Below, one piece after another: positions 35,165 through 48,252 of a stretch of DNA of 64,000 nucleotides. Source of the stretch: Massalongia carnosa (lineage: Eukaryota); the NCBI GenBank assembly GCA_965645245.1, contig OZ287085.1:310001-374000 (forward strand). The letters are read 5' to 3'. The notes under the pieces are model-generated. The model had not been told where the DNA came from, made no database searches, and saw nothing but the letters and a program-made list of their open reading frames with translations. Position 1 is the first letter of the stretch. Each line of letters opens with the position of its first letter. The position numbers and the translations under genes are program-made.

Positions 35165-36648
35165 AGGATTTCCATCGTTTCGGCCGCTGTTTTCGATGTG
35201 ACCTGAGTTCCTGCCGTTAATACTACGGAATCTGCACGAGGCCTACCCAGCACTGGTTTTGCTAAGGCCTTTACCATATTTTCAGGATTCATGATGCCTA
35301 TATTAGCCCAGGTAGGTGCGTCGTCTCCCCGATGAGGGCCCGGGGGTGTGCCGGATGAGGGCGTAGCGTTGTGTATTTTTCTTTTCTTGCCGTTTACTAT
35401 CTTCCACGTTGACGGAATTTCGTCCGTTTGTGTGACTGTGGGTGTCGACTCTCGTTGAAGTTGAAATTGAAATGAGGGCGGCTGTGATTCGATTGCATAG
35501 AGGGGGGCGCGGTTTTGCATTGCTATTTCAGTTTTTCGCTTTTCAGCTAATCTGACTTTGCATGCTGTGGACCATGCTTCGTGTCCCTTCTCTCCGCATA
35601 CGGCGCAACGGCGGTATTGCCCCGTTGTCTCCAGATTGCATTCTTTGCTTTGATGTCCACCGGCGCAGTGACCACAGGCGGCGGGATTGCGGCATGCTCT
35701 ACCGATGTGTCCGTATTTTTGGCAGTTGAAGCATTGAGTCATGGTGCAACCACGTGTGAAGCGCTCGCAGTCCTTTATTTCGTAGCTTTCCATTAGGCCC
35801 TCGGTGATGAGCCGGTTAGCCATCTCGGCGGTGGCGACCTCTATATGAAGCGTCGAGTACGCTTTTTTCTCTCTAATAGCCTTGATTGACCAGGCTACTT
35901 TGACGATCTTCAGGTTAGGGCGCAGGCGTGCGTTAGTGGCCTGAAGGTAGGTGATAGCTGTTGATTGATTGGCCACTTTGATCTTTTCCACCCTGATTCC
36001 ATTCGCTCTTACGGTAAAGGTGCGGGTGTGCACCGCAGCTGAGGCGGCCACCATGCGGGTCCAATCGGTCTTCTCCTGCAGGGTCTTCTTTGCTTCTAAT
36101 GACTCTGCGTGAATCCTGATGTCGCCGTTTAACAAACGCGACACTCCCCTTATTCCTTCAGCTCCATTTTGTAGTGTTTCTACTAACTCCTTGGTTGGCA
36201 TTAGCTTCATTTTTTCCTTGTCCGGATCCTCCGTGATGTGAACGGTGATTTCCCGGGCACGTCGCGCTTCTCTTGGTGTGGGTGCTTTGTCTTTGCGGGC
36301 CTGTTGAGGCTTGACGTTTTGGTTCTTTGGGGGTGCGGGCTCATCTCGGCCTTGCCTTGTGGCAGCAGCGGCATAGCTGCGAGGAGTGGTCTCATTGGGC
36401 TCTATGCGTGTCAATAATTGTTGGATTGCCTGTAATGTGTCACCTATGTTGTTGGGAGTTTCTGCAACTTTGTCATCGACTAGATTTTGCGCTTGCAAAA
36501 TTTCCGCTGAGTTTCTCAGCAACTGCAACGCCTCCGAGTCACCAACGGTGCCCACTCGATCAAGATACTCCTTGATCTTTACGTGTAAACATTCCCTCCT
36601 TTCGCTGTGCGCTCTCGAGAGCGCGTTTGTTTGTTCGAGTGTAGTCAT
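35161..36648 (-). CDS. LINE ORF1 gag-like protein (495 aa), intact
   Basis: Three CCHC knuckles: CFNCQKYGHIGRAC, CGHCAGGHQSKEC and CAVCGEKGHEAWSTAC. The stop overlaps the ORF2 start (ATGA). Confidence 0.9.
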   Translation of the reverse strand: MTTLEQTNALSRAHSERRECLHVKIKEYLDRVGTVGDSEALQLLRNSAEILQAQNLVDDKVAETPNNIGDTLQAIQQLLTRIEPNETTPRSYAAAATRQGRDEPAPPKNQNVKPQQARKDKAPTPREARRAREITVHITEDPDKEKMKLMPTKELVETLQNGAEGIRGVSRLLNGDIRIHAESLEAKKTLQEKTDWTRMVAASAAVHTRTFTVRANGIRVEKIKVANQSTAITYLQATNARLRPNLKIVKVAWSIKAIREKKAYSTLHIEVATAEMANRLITEGLMESYEIKDCERFTRGCTMTQCFNCQKYGHIGRACRNPAACGHCAGGHQSKECNLETTGQYRRCAVCGEKGHEAWSTACKVRLAEKRKTEIAMQNRAPLYAIESQPPSFQFQLQRESTPTVTQTDEIPSTWKIVNGKKRKIHNATPSSGTPPGPHRGDDAPTWANIGIMNPENMVKALAKPVLGRPRADSVVLTAGTQVTSKTAAETMEIL

Positions 36649-37176
36649 TTTCGCGACAAGTTTATGATAGTAATTGAAATGATAAGACTAAGTCTTTCCT
36701 CTATAAGCCCAGCACCATATATGATGTGCAGTTGATATCTCGGGGTTGGAGGATAATTTAACAAGATAAATTATTTATGTGAAGTAGTTATCTCTGTTTG
36801 TGTGGCGCAACGGGTTTTAGAGCACCCAATATCTCTTCAAGGGTCAAATATTCGACCACGACTGATTGCATGGACAGAGGCGAAGGGGTTATGTAAAGAA
36901 CCACACGAGACGTTGATAGTTTGATAAATAAAGAGTCGCAGTTCTTTTTGTGTTTTTTTTTTTTTGAGATCATTGAAAATCCACTACAATATAATAAAAA
37001 TCGTTTTTATATCGAAAAGAACGATATTTTCATTTATTTTAAATAATACTGCAGTTGTTCCAATATTTTCTTTTTCAAGTGATTAAAGACATAAGCGAGC
37101 TTGCTTTGCTCGGTAAAATATTAATTTTTATTAATTTTAATTTAATTCGAAGTTGTGTTATTAATTTTTTAAATTC

Positions 37177-38100
37177 TGAAACTGGGAGACCTTCTCCCAG
37201 CAGAAATTCACTACTGGAAGACGGGATCTACAGGGGCTACACAACGTGATTGTTACAATAGAGGTACAAATAGGTTGGGTCGGTTCAAAGGGTAGACTAA
37301 ATGCTTCCCTTTTGAAGTGCTTGATCATTGATCTATATTATAACGGTTCGACCAAGCGTGGTGCGGATGGCAGGACCTACAGCGAACATAGCAGGAGTCC
37401 CAGTTATAGTAGAAAAGAGCTTAGTCTGCGGACTTAGTATTGTGCCTTTTGGTCGGGAAGGACAGGTGGCGCAATGGTAGAAATCTATTCACTATCTCGC
37501 TTCGTCACATATATAGGATAGGACAATCTACAACCTAAGCTCTTCTTCCGTACCTTGCCCATACTACCTGGTATTTTCGGTCTCCGAAATAATTCGGTCA
37601 CCGAAAGACACGGGTAGATGAGACTAGGCAGGCGAGCTAGGGGAGGTGAGGCGAGGCGAGGGGATACTGCGCGTACTACGAAAACACCTCTGTAATAAGT
37701 TAAGTCCCCACACTATGCCTAACTGGGTTAGGCGGGACCTTATTGTGTTGGTGGTTGTCAAGGACTGGGTTGGGAATTGAACTAATGTTCCTAGGAATTG
37801 GATTGGATGATCAAGATGTCTTTATTAATGAGGCTATAGCTAGGAGGTGGTTTGCTATACAAGACGTCGGACGAGGAGTCAGCTATCTACTGGATATGTC
37901 TTCTTTTTATACCTGATCCAGCCCCTTCTTTCTCATGTTTTACCTTCACCCTAGATGAAAGATTTTGGTGATGGTGGCGGCGATAAGGTGGAGCGATAAG
38001 TGGGCTAGTGGATGTGATCGTTCTAGCGATAAGAGGGTATAGTGGAGTGAGGAGGGGTTTATTCAGACTCATACCGAGGATGAATCTGAATAGGATTTCA
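37177..38100. repeat. Non-coding LTR-like dispersed repeat, long copy
   Basis: 37177-37735 aligns with 47549-47933. It starts TGAAA and a possible end TTTCA lies at 38100. No TSD was found, so the right end is uncertain. Confidence 0.5.
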
Positions 38101-40450
38101 GGTGGCTTTTACCTCGAGCGCCGCTTGGCGGTTCGGGGTAATCAATTAGGTTTTAACTCAAACTTTATTTCATGACAGTAGTTGTTTTGGCTGTACGTAT
38201 CCCACATAGCCATATAGGTCAGTCTTACGTTCAACGAACGCATACTAGGCCTACCCTATTACAAATTATGCTTTATCGTCATTAAAGAAAAATTAAAGTT
38301 TGGTAAAACGATGCAACTTATTAAACTGTATAAAGATATCGATCAAATTGATGCGAAAATCGGTTATGAAAACTTTTTCACCAATCCTGATTATTGGATT
38401 CTCGAACAGAATGACGTTAATCTGTTCAAGAAAAGATCATGCGATTGCTTTGTCAATTTTTAAGAGGATAATGAGTTTTTAAACATTGATCGAAAAGTTG
38501 ATGACGCGAAGAAGAAACTCTAGTCAATTCTGTTATTGTTATTACACGACAATACTCAGTTCGTCGATATAATGGGGTACGAGACCAGTAAGCTAATCAC
38601 GAGCGACACTGATCTCGAAATGGGAAATGCTCAACGTGAGAGGTGGAAGATAGCTACTACGTGCTGGTCTCCGAGAGTGTACGTGATCCAAAGAACTAAT
38701 GGATGTGAAAGTGCTTAGACCAAGAGATCTCGTCCGAGACCCAAACGTAGGTTGTTCATAGAATAAAGACTAATTGCTAACGAATACTACAGGATTCGTT
38801 CTGGTATTTATCCTACTCACCCCAAGCCTATAGCCTTGGGAGCCTTGGAACCTTAGGAGCCTTGCAACCCATATCTTACCTTATCGCCTTACATCTAACC
38901 ATCCCTCAGGATCCATCTACGAACTCGACGATCGCTGGATCATCTAGTGAGCCTCGAGCAGCCTTCTAGATCTTCCCTTGCAAGGTAGAACAGTTCTACC
39001 TCCGGCTAGATCCCTCGCCACATTGCTAGCCCGCCTCTAAACATAAATTCTAGACGCCGAGGCTATGTAGCTTCATTTCGCCGTCACCACTACCAACGTA
39101 GCGGTGGAAGGTTACCTTCGACTGAATCTCTGTCTATACTGCGGACCTGCCTCTAGACACAAGGTCTAGACCACAAGGTCATGTAGGTTCATTCAGCCGA
39201 CATCACTACCAGCGTTGCAATAACGGTGGAAGCTGAAGTTTACACCGGGGAGGCCGTGCTCAAGCTGCGTCCAGCTAGCCGTGCCTCCTGCTACAACTCT
39301 TGATCCATCAAGAGATCGAATAGCTCCGAGTAGGCCAGTACATTCCATATAGAGTTCACGGCTAGTCTCCACAGGAGTTCGCCTTACACTCCATGGCAAT
39401 CTACCACCGCGGCCTCGACAGGTGTTTGATCTGTAAGCAGTCTAGAACGTAGTAACAACTAATCCGAAGTTGTGTGGCAAGATAGCGATGTGTCAAGGTG
39501 GCGATGTGGCAACCTCGACGGCTATGCGACTTCGTACTACGGCTTGGCTCATGCTAGTTAATCCCGCAACCGCCCTAGGCGATCACGTATCCCTCTAGCG
39601 CCATCCGTTTTATTGGCGATGTTAATAAGGAAGATAAAAGAATCGTGCTTAATGAACATGATAATAATAAATCAAATAAATAAACTTATCGAACGTAATG
39701 TCACGATGCGAGAACAAATAAAGTTTTTAATAATGCACACGTATTTCTTGAATGTTTAATTAATTGACCAAGATATTTGAACAAAAGAAAAAGAAACAGA
39801 AAATTAAACGTAAGCGAGTATAAGACTCTGACGAACGAAACTAATCTTAATTCAGTTGTTGATTTAATTTATTTTAAGTCTCTGAAATAAAACTATCGTC
39901 ATGACAATATTGAAAGTCGAAACATGTTGAATATCCAATTCCTACCAGCACAATGAACACCTATCAGTACGATGAACATAGCACCTACGGCTGCCCTAGA
40001 TGGACAGATCATCTACGGAAACCGTAGATGCCGCATTAGGCTTAGTCCTATGATAAGATATGATCACCTCGCTTAGAAGGGGGTGACCAGTAATAGGAAA
40101 AGATTGCTGCCTAGCAACTCTTCATCCTTAACATCACGGTCATACATACCTTTATTATTACATAGCCATATAGCCATAGTCATATACCTATTTCAACAGG
40201 TTATGAGCCCGGAAGGGTGCTATCGATTTAAACGAATCGAAGCTTTTAATCCGCAGCATCGCAGTGCAATCAGCTAAGCATCGTTCCTATTCAATGAATC
40301 GTAGACACATGACTAAAATCTTTCTGTGTCTTTAGAAACGATCCCTTAAATCACATCAATCAGTTCTCTCTTCTGTACACAGCGATTTCTTGTCAGAAGC
40401 ACAAAAACTGCGTGTTAGAAAGAGCATGAACACATTGATCGTACTACACC

Positions 40451-41555
40451 GAAGCCCTCGGACACCAAAGAGCTTGCTAAGCTCGATGGTCGAAGGCAAT
40501 CAAGGCCTCGGACACCAAAGAGCTTGCTAAGCCCGATGGTCGAAGGCACTCAAGCCCTCGGACACCAAAGAGCTTGCTAAGCTCGATGGTCGAAGGCACT
40601 CAAGTCCTCGGACACCAAAAGAGCTTGCAATGCTCGATGGTCGAAGGCACCCAAGTCCTCGGACACCAAAGAGCTTGCTAAGCTCGATGGTCGAAGGCAC
40701 TCAAGTCCTCGGACACCAAAGAGCTTGCTAAGCTCGATGGTCGAAGGCACTCAAGTCTTCGGACACCAAAGAGCTTGCTTAGCCCGATGGTCGAAGGCAC
40801 TCAAGCCCTCGGACACCAAAAGAGCTTGCTATGCTCGATGGTCGAAGGCACCCAAGTCCTCGGACACCAGAAGAGCTTGCTATGCTCGATGGTCGAAGGC
40901 ACTCAAGTCCTCGGACACCAAAAGAGCTTGCTAAGCTCGATGGTCGAAGGCACCCAAGTCCTCGGACACCAGAAGAGCTTGCTACGCTCGATGGTCGAAG
41001 GCACTCAAGTCCTCGGACACCAGAAGAGCTTGCTACGCTCGATGGTCGAAGGCACTCAAGTCCTCGGACACCAGAAGAGCTTGCTACGCTCGATGGTCGA
41101 AGGCACTCAAGTCCTCGGACACCAGAAGAGCTTGCTACGCTCGATGGTCGAAGGCACCCAAGTCCTCGGACACCAGAAGAGCTTGCTACGCTCGATGGTC
41201 GAAGGCACCCAAGTCCTCGGACACCAAAGAGCTGCTAAGCTCGATGGTCGAAGGCACCCAAGTCCTCGGACACCAAAGAGCTGCTAAGCTCGATGGTCGA
41301 AGGCACCCAAGTCCTCGGACACCAAAGAGCTTGCTAAGCTCGATGGTCGAAGGCGCTCAAGTCCTCGGACACCAAAGAGCTTGCTAAGCTCGATGGTCGA
41401 AGGCGCTCAAGTCCTCGGACACCAAAGATCCCGCTAAGCTCGATGGTCGAAGACACCGAAGTCCTCGGACACCAAAGAGCTCGCTAAGCTCGATGGTCGA
41501 AGGCACCGAAGTCCTCGGACACCAAAAGAGCTCGCTAAGCTCGATGGTCGAAGGC
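40451..41555 (+). repeat. Tandem array, 22 copies of a 49-51 bp unit, in the Copia leader
   Basis: Unit ~CGAAGGCACTCAAGTCCTCGGACACCAAAGAGCTTGCTAAGCTCGATGGT. One more degenerate copy lies near 41660. Confidence 0.95.
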
Positions 41556-42048
41556 AAAAAAAGTATATTGCTGGCCCTGAGCGCCCCATTGGTTCAAAAA
41601 TCATCAAAGCGTCAGTTTCACCCGTAGTTGAGTTCTGGACACGCAAAAAATACAAAATCCCTCGGACATCAAAGAGCTTAGTAAACTCATTGATCGAAGG
41701 CACAAAGACCTTTCTTTTTGGCAATTATGCCTCCTTAAGGCACTAGATGAGATTGTGCGGCAGTTGCCTCTTATTATTTAACCGGCCTAAGGCCGGTTAA
41801 ATCAAATTGGAATAACCCTGCGCTCAATTTGCTATTGGTCAATTGGACCCTTGAAAAAGCCGAAGTTGAAATTCTCATCATGGCAAACAAGCATGTTAAG
41901 CAAACAGGTTTCTCTGTTGAGACATCAGAGTAGACACTGGCTAAGGAGGGACTGTTTTTTCCTTGTCTATAAGAAAGGTCACAGATCCACATTCTTTCAG
42001 TCACTACTAAGTTTCTCGCCTTGTTCAATTGCTCCCCATTCTCCCATT

Positions 42049-45000
42049 ATGTCTATCATAGATACGTCACATCTTTTGGAGAAAGCCGAAAGATATTCGG
42101 CATGGGCAAGCTATACGAAGGGCATTCTGCTCAAGAACAACTGCGAAGGAGCCATTCTGGAGAATCGATCAGAAATCACCGCTGAAACCATCAAGGAAGG
42201 TTTAATACAAGCAGGCTTCGACGCCAAAGGTCTTTCAGTCAGCATCTTGGTAAAAGAACTGCGTGACTAGAAAAATAGAGAGAAGGCCGAGATGACCAAG
42301 GCTATAGGAATCATTCACGGATTAGTTGCGGAGTGCCATTACAGCCTCATCGACAACAAGAATGTGGCAGAAATGTGGAAAATCCTGAAGGATTGATTCC
42401 AAGATATAGCACCAATGAGCATCAGCGACATCATTCTGAAGGTTAGTTCCAAGAAGATGACCGACTTCGAGACGACCAGTCTATACTGTGCATATTACGA
42501 GAGCGCTTTAAACAAGATTAAAGGAATGCTGGACGACAAGGCCAAAGTGGATGTGCATACCGTGGAGTTTATGCTTAAATGAATGATGCTGGGTAACACC
42601 AGACGTCTATTCCCCATTGATAGCCCAACTTCGACGAGATTGAACATACGAAACCACAAACCTGTCGGAAGCAATGAAGACCATTATTGCTTATTATGTC
42701 AACATGAAAATCACCAAGGCACTTCATATCAGCACACCTGACTCGAGAGGTCGAGCCCCATCAGGGAACTGCACCTTCTCTTAATGTGTCAAGAGAAAGA
42801 ACACTCATCATTGGCTAGATACCTGTTTGCAGAAGTTTCCACAGTTAAAAAGACTTAGAAGTTCGCTCGAATCCGGAAGAGCAAAGGAACAAAAGACTAC
42901 CTCGTTAGAAACGAAGGCGGACTTATCTCATAAATCAACCAATATTCCAACGACCATTGACACTCCAGATTTGAGGATGCATTTGAGCAAAGTGGACGAG
43001 GACACCTATCAAGGACTGGACGTCATTATCTGTCAAATCAAAACTCACTACATGGCTTGGAAGGCTTGGTCATCTCAACATAGCAACGTGTCGAAAATAT
43101 CTGAAAACGCTAGACATAACGTACGATGACGATATCAACCACGGTTGGTTTTGCCATGCATGCGAAATGGGAAAAGCCAAAAAGATATACAACCGAACAC
43201 GGCAAGAGAAGGCCACAGAGCTCTTTCAAAAGATAAACTCTGACCTAGTGGGACTAATCAAGCCATCAGGACTTCTTGAAGAACTTTACCTCTTCACTTT
43301 CACCTGTGATGCTAGCAGATACACTCATGTCTATACCGGACACAAGAAGAGTGAATGGTTTGATCACTTGTTGACATACTACAGCATGGCTCAAAACAAA
43401 TCCGGAAAGGCTAAACTCATAAGCAGTTTTCGCACTGACTTCGGCACGGAGCTTCGCAGTCACAAGTCAGACGTTTGGTCCTTGGAACAAGGCATAACGT
43501 TTGAAACAGCTGCTCCATACTCTCAAGATGAAAACGGAGTCGCGGAACGAATGGGCAGAACCATCATGGACATGACAAGATGCAGTGTCATTGCCGGAGA
43601 CATTCCAGACTACTTGTGGGCAGAAGTGGTTCTAGCCATGGTTCACACCAAGAACGTCAGACCAACCAACGCCTTAGCAGGTAAAAACCCGTATGAGATC
43701 TTCGAGAAGAAGTCACCTAAGCTGGATCACCTGAGAATTCTCGGATCTACAGTCTATGCATTAATTCACGAAGAAGAGCGAAAAGGAATAAACAGCAAGG
43801 CTGCTAAATTTTCTCCGAGGGCTCAGAAAGGAATCCTGTGTGGATATGACAGAAGCACCATCTATCGCGTCTTTATGGAAAAAGACTACAAGGTCATCAG
43901 GGTCAAGGACTTACGAATTCATGAAGACGCCACATTCAAAGATGGGACCGATCTACCCACGTACGACTCAACATATCATCAAGCAATGAACTCCAAATAC
44001 GCAAACGAATGGAGTCAGTCTGGGTAATGGATGAGATCAAAAGTCTGCTGGAGAATAAAACCTGGGATACATTACCTACCGAGTCCATGGAACCCGGACA
44101 TATAGTCTTAAGTGGCAAATGAGTATTCAAGCTGAAACGGGACGTAAATGAAAAGATCGTTCACTTTAAAGCCAGATGGGTTGTCAAGGATATCTCCAAC
44201 AATACTGAGTAGATTTCGATCAAACCTTTGCATCTATGGTCAAACAATGGCTTTTCGCTTGCTATTCGCGTTAGCTGCTCATCACTATCTGCACATCGAG
44301 CGACTGGATATAGTGACAGCTTTTCTGAACGGTCTCATTATCAACTCATCTATGTCCACATGCTGAAAGGATATGACACAGCTGGCATGGTGTGTAGGTT
44401 GAACAAAGCCCTGTACGGTTTGAACAGTCTCCGCGTCCCTGGTATGAACGACTGTCAGCTTTTCTATTGAGCAAATTAGGATTGGAGAAACTCCACGCAG
44501 ATCATAACATTTTCGTAACACCTCAAGGGATAAAAGGACACATTGTTACCTCTTTCGTTGACGATTTGAACATCATAGGCCCAAAGGGTTCCCCGATGAT
44601 CACCGAAGTCAAGAAACAGCTCAAGCTAGCTTTCAAGATGGTAGACATGGGACCAATCAGCTACTATCTAGGCCTTAAAGTCGAACAAGATCGAGTCAAC
44701 AAAACCATAAAGCACTCCCATGCGAGAAGGCTGTCTCTTCATCAATGAATTTCAGGACTCCGACAAGGACATAAAGCAATATCAAACCATGGTCGGATCC
44801 ATCACGTTCGCAATGATAGAAACCAGGCCAGACATAGCTTTCGCAACGTCCGTAATAAGTCGAAATGCAAAGAATCCAGGCAAAACACATATGGAAGCGG
44901 CCAAACACATTCTCAGATACCTTAGCGGTACCAAGAATAGAGACATCACCTTCGACAAATAGCAGCAAAAATCCAACTGGGGTTATGTGTTCATGCTGAA

Positions 45001-45429
45001 CAATGGACCAATAAGCTGGTGTTCCAAAAGACAAACAACCGTCACATTGTCATCAACCGAAGCAGAGTATATGGCACTCACCTAGCAGCAAAGGAGGCAA
45101 CATGGCTACGTTTACTGATGACCGAACTCGGATTGATGACTTCTGATGACGGATCCCCGACATTAAACGTGTTAAGAGGAGAAGGCACAATTGCATTGAA
45201 AGGCGACAATCAATGCGCCATAGCACTGGCCAATAACCCCGTATTACACTCCAGGACCAAGCATATCGACATTCAGCACTACTTCATACGGAACGAGGTG
45301 CTAGAAGTAAGAATCGACCTCACCTATGTTCCGACCGAAGACATGATTGCAGATGGACTGACAAAAACCCTCGCGCACGTCAAGTTCTTCTCCTTTATCA
45401 GACAGCTCAACATGGACAAACAGACATGA
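42049..45429 (+). pseudogene. Copia gag-integrase-RT-RNase H, heavily disrupted
   Basis: RTDFGTE..ENGVAER integrase, LDIVTAFLNG, LNKALYGL, FVDDL, TRPDIAF, and GDNQCAI..HSRTKHIDI. Many stops, frameshifts and apparent deletions. Confidence 0.9.
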
Positions 45430-46202
45430 GAGGTAAAGAAGTTCAACCGCGGTTGAATCCACGAGGGAAACAAGTACTGGTAGGACTTGAGGGGGGGTGT
45501 TGAATATCCAATTCCTACCAGCACAATGAACACCTATCAGTACGATGAACATAGCACCTACGGCTGCCCTAGATGGACAGATCATCTACGGAAACCGTAG
45601 ATGCCGCATTAGGCTTAGTCCTATGATAAGATAAGATCACCTCGCTTAGAAGGGGGTGACCAGTAATAGGAAAAGATTGCTGCCTAGCAACTCTTCATCC
45701 TTAACATCACGGTCATACATACCTTTATTATTACATAGCCATATAGCCATAGTCATATACCTATTTCAACAAAACACTTATCTTTATTTTAACTTAATCG
45801 GATTAAGCTTAATTTGTTTCGAGTTGATTAGTCAACTAGTGCTTCGTTTCAGCAGCTAAGATTGATTCAATCAACTAAAACTTATTTAACGAATTAATTG
45901 TCAGATGCTCAGTCACCTATTAACAATTGATTTAGTTTTCACTAACCTCAACATTATTGTACAATTTAAAATAGTTGAAAATAATTTTCTTTCTCTTCTT
46001 TTAATAAGACATTACAGTCTTTACACGTCTTTCGTAGACTAGCAAACGGTTCGGATTTCGGACAAAATTGGATGTCCGATATATCCGTCGGCGTCCGAGA
46101 GGGTTAGACAAATCAGGCATAGCTGCCCGAACCCTCGGGAGTCTGCCCGTCAGGTTTAACCAGATCGTTTATTTTCTTACTCTAAAGTATCAAAAATCTA
46201 AC

Positions 46203-46898
46203 CGGCTCATGGAGCATCATATGAAAATATGGAAGTCAACATGGGCAACTTGTCAAAATCGCATTCCACTCCCCACCGAGGCTCAACAAGCTTCGCTTGA
46301 CAGTAAGAGATTAAAAATTCACAGTAATTTGGCAAAAGCGGAGAGTTTACTAGCAACGCAAATTCGCACGGAGAAAATCGGGCTAGCCAACTTTCTTTTC
46401 AACCGAAGAGTACCCAATGTAAACTCACCTGCGTGCATATGTAGATGGCTAAGGCAGAGGGCCAAACACGTCATCATGCACTGTCAGCTGATAGACGGAA
46501 GAAATGAATTATTTAATCAAGTGAAAACTAATAATTATCGCACGATAATTGAAAATTCCGCAAAATTGAAAAAGCTGACAGCATGGTTAATGCGGGCATA
46601 TATACTAAAACAGTTTTCAATTGCAGCGACCATGCTGTACGGATAGTTCCCGTCGACACAGCATTTGAATGTTTGCCTTCTTCCCCTTTTCTTTCGTTCT
46701 TTTCCGTTTTCTTTCAAGGACCTTACAGATACACGTTATTAGGTACACTGAGGGGTCATGGGGATCCCGCAGGCGATAATTTTGGTTACTAGGTTTTTAT
46801 CCCTTAAAAGGTTTTCCTATTACAGTAGTCATATAGAACCACGCCCGCATGGGCCGGCCTTCGGCCGGTGACATATCGGTGTAAGAATTTATTATCAT
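46203..46898 (+). mobile_element. 5'-truncated Tad1-type LINE, divergent subfamily
   Basis: QIRTEKIGLANFL..CIC..HVIMHC C-terminus. Perfect 15-bp TSD tatcaaaaatctaac at 46188-46202 and 46899-46913. Confidence 0.88.
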
Positions 46899-47214
46899 TA
46901 TCAAAAATCTAACTGTTTATCACCTGCATCTGTACCTACATTATTACCTAGTGGCTACCTGAAATGCATAATTTATAACCTCGGTCAAAATATTCAAATA
47001 ATGCAAAAATAGAATCGCTTTTAACGATGATATAATGATTGAATTGTCATAAGGTCGAAATCAAATAATATACGATCATATATGATAAAAATCAATAATT
47101 TCTAAATAAAGATTATGTTAAATATGATAGTATTAAGAAAGCTGTATACTTTTAAGTAATTGCAAATATTGCGCCAGAAGGGGCTGAAGTTATTCGAAAA
47201 TCTGACGGTACTTC

Positions 47215-47365
47215 TACGCCGCGCAACGGGTCGAATTTCTCTACTGAAAACCAACCCGTTTGTGGCGAACCCTATGATTTTTGGTGTCCGGGTTGAGTAT
47301 TCAGAGAAAAGACCAGTGGCAAAAAAGCAATTTTGTGGCGAAAACTCAACCCGTTGCGCGGCGTA
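47215..47365. mobile_element. 151-bp hAT-type MITE, copy 2 (inverted relative to copy 1)
   Basis: TIR TACGCCGCGCAACGGGT and perfect 8-bp TSD ggtacttc. Confidence 0.92.
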
Positions 47366-47548
47366 GGTACTTCTCTCTCACCTGCCCCACAATTACAATC
47401 TAGTTACTACCGTTTGCTAATAATTTATAAGCTGATAGAGATCAATTAGCGCCCGAATGATGTAGAAATAAGCAATATCAAGTCACTTTTACAGAAGTTC
47501 TACTGGTTTAAAGTTGAAAAGGCCTTCAAATTGTGACCGGTAGAAATT

Positions 47549-47933
47549 GAAACGGGGAGACCTTCTCCTAGCAGGCATTCAATACGGGAAGACGGAATCC
47601 ATAGGGGCTATACAACGTGATAGTTACAATAGAGGTACAAAATAGGTAGGGTTGGGTTAAAGGCTAGACTAAATGCTACCCTTTTAAAGTACTTGATTAT
47701 TGATCTATATATGATGGGACAATCTACAACCTAAGCTCCTCTTCCATACCCTGCCTATATTACCTGGTATTTTCGGATTCCGAAATACTTCGGTCACCGA
47801 AAGACTTGGGGTAGATTAGAGTAGGCAGGCGAGCTAGGGGAGGAGAGGCGAGGCGAGTAGATACTTCGTGTACTACGAAATTACCTCTATAATAAGTTAA
47901 GTCCCCACAATATACCTAACTGGGTTAGGCGGT
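47549..47933. repeat. Truncated, internally deleted second copy of the 37177 repeat
   Basis: Colinear with 37177-37735 but lacking ~175 bp near 47710. Confidence 0.75.
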
Positions 47934-48252
47934 GTGAAGGGATAAACTGGGTGGTGGCGAACGATAGAAGGATGAAACAAACAAACAAATGACCGAATCA
48001 ACAGAGCCTCACTGCATCGATGAATTAATCGTCATGCCCATCAACGGCCGACTAGCTGTATGAATGAAAGTGTCTATGATAGCTGTATGTGTTGATAGCA
48101 GTATGATCCGATGATGGATATCCCGAAAGATGAGAAGGAAAGTTTGAGAAAAAGAGTCATATAACCGGAACGCCAAGACGCCAGCACCCGACCACATGAC
48201 CAATCACCTGACTCATTACCTCACTTGCCACCGACCCGGTGGAGTTCCACTC

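Larger units (their letters stand above)
29802..36904 (-). mobile_element. Full-length Tad1-type LINE (~5.3 kb net) with a Fot1 insertion in its 3' UTR
   Basis: ORF1, ORF2 and a (CAT)n tail. 13-bp TSD acRagacgttgat at 29789-29801 and 36905-36917. Confidence 0.9.
39925..45771 (+). mobile_element. Ty1/Copia LTR retrotransposon, non-autonomous
   Basis: 274-bp LTRs at 39925-40198 and 45498-45771 with one mismatch seen. TSD aaaca, PBS GGTTATGAGCCC, and PPT GAGGGGGGG. Confidence 0.95.

Noticed and set aside
38530..39610. Possible decayed LTR-like sequence
   Set aside because: No boundaries, TSD, second copy or coding motif could be established.
40451..41555. CRISPR-like array or repeat-protein ORFs (40775-41287, 40831-41238)
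   Set aside because: Units are contiguous with no unique spacers, there are no cas genes, and the context is eukaryotic. The ORFs arise from stop-free 51-bp units.
47935..48252. Possible solo LTR starting TGTGAAG
   Set aside because: No matching TSD or clear right terminus.
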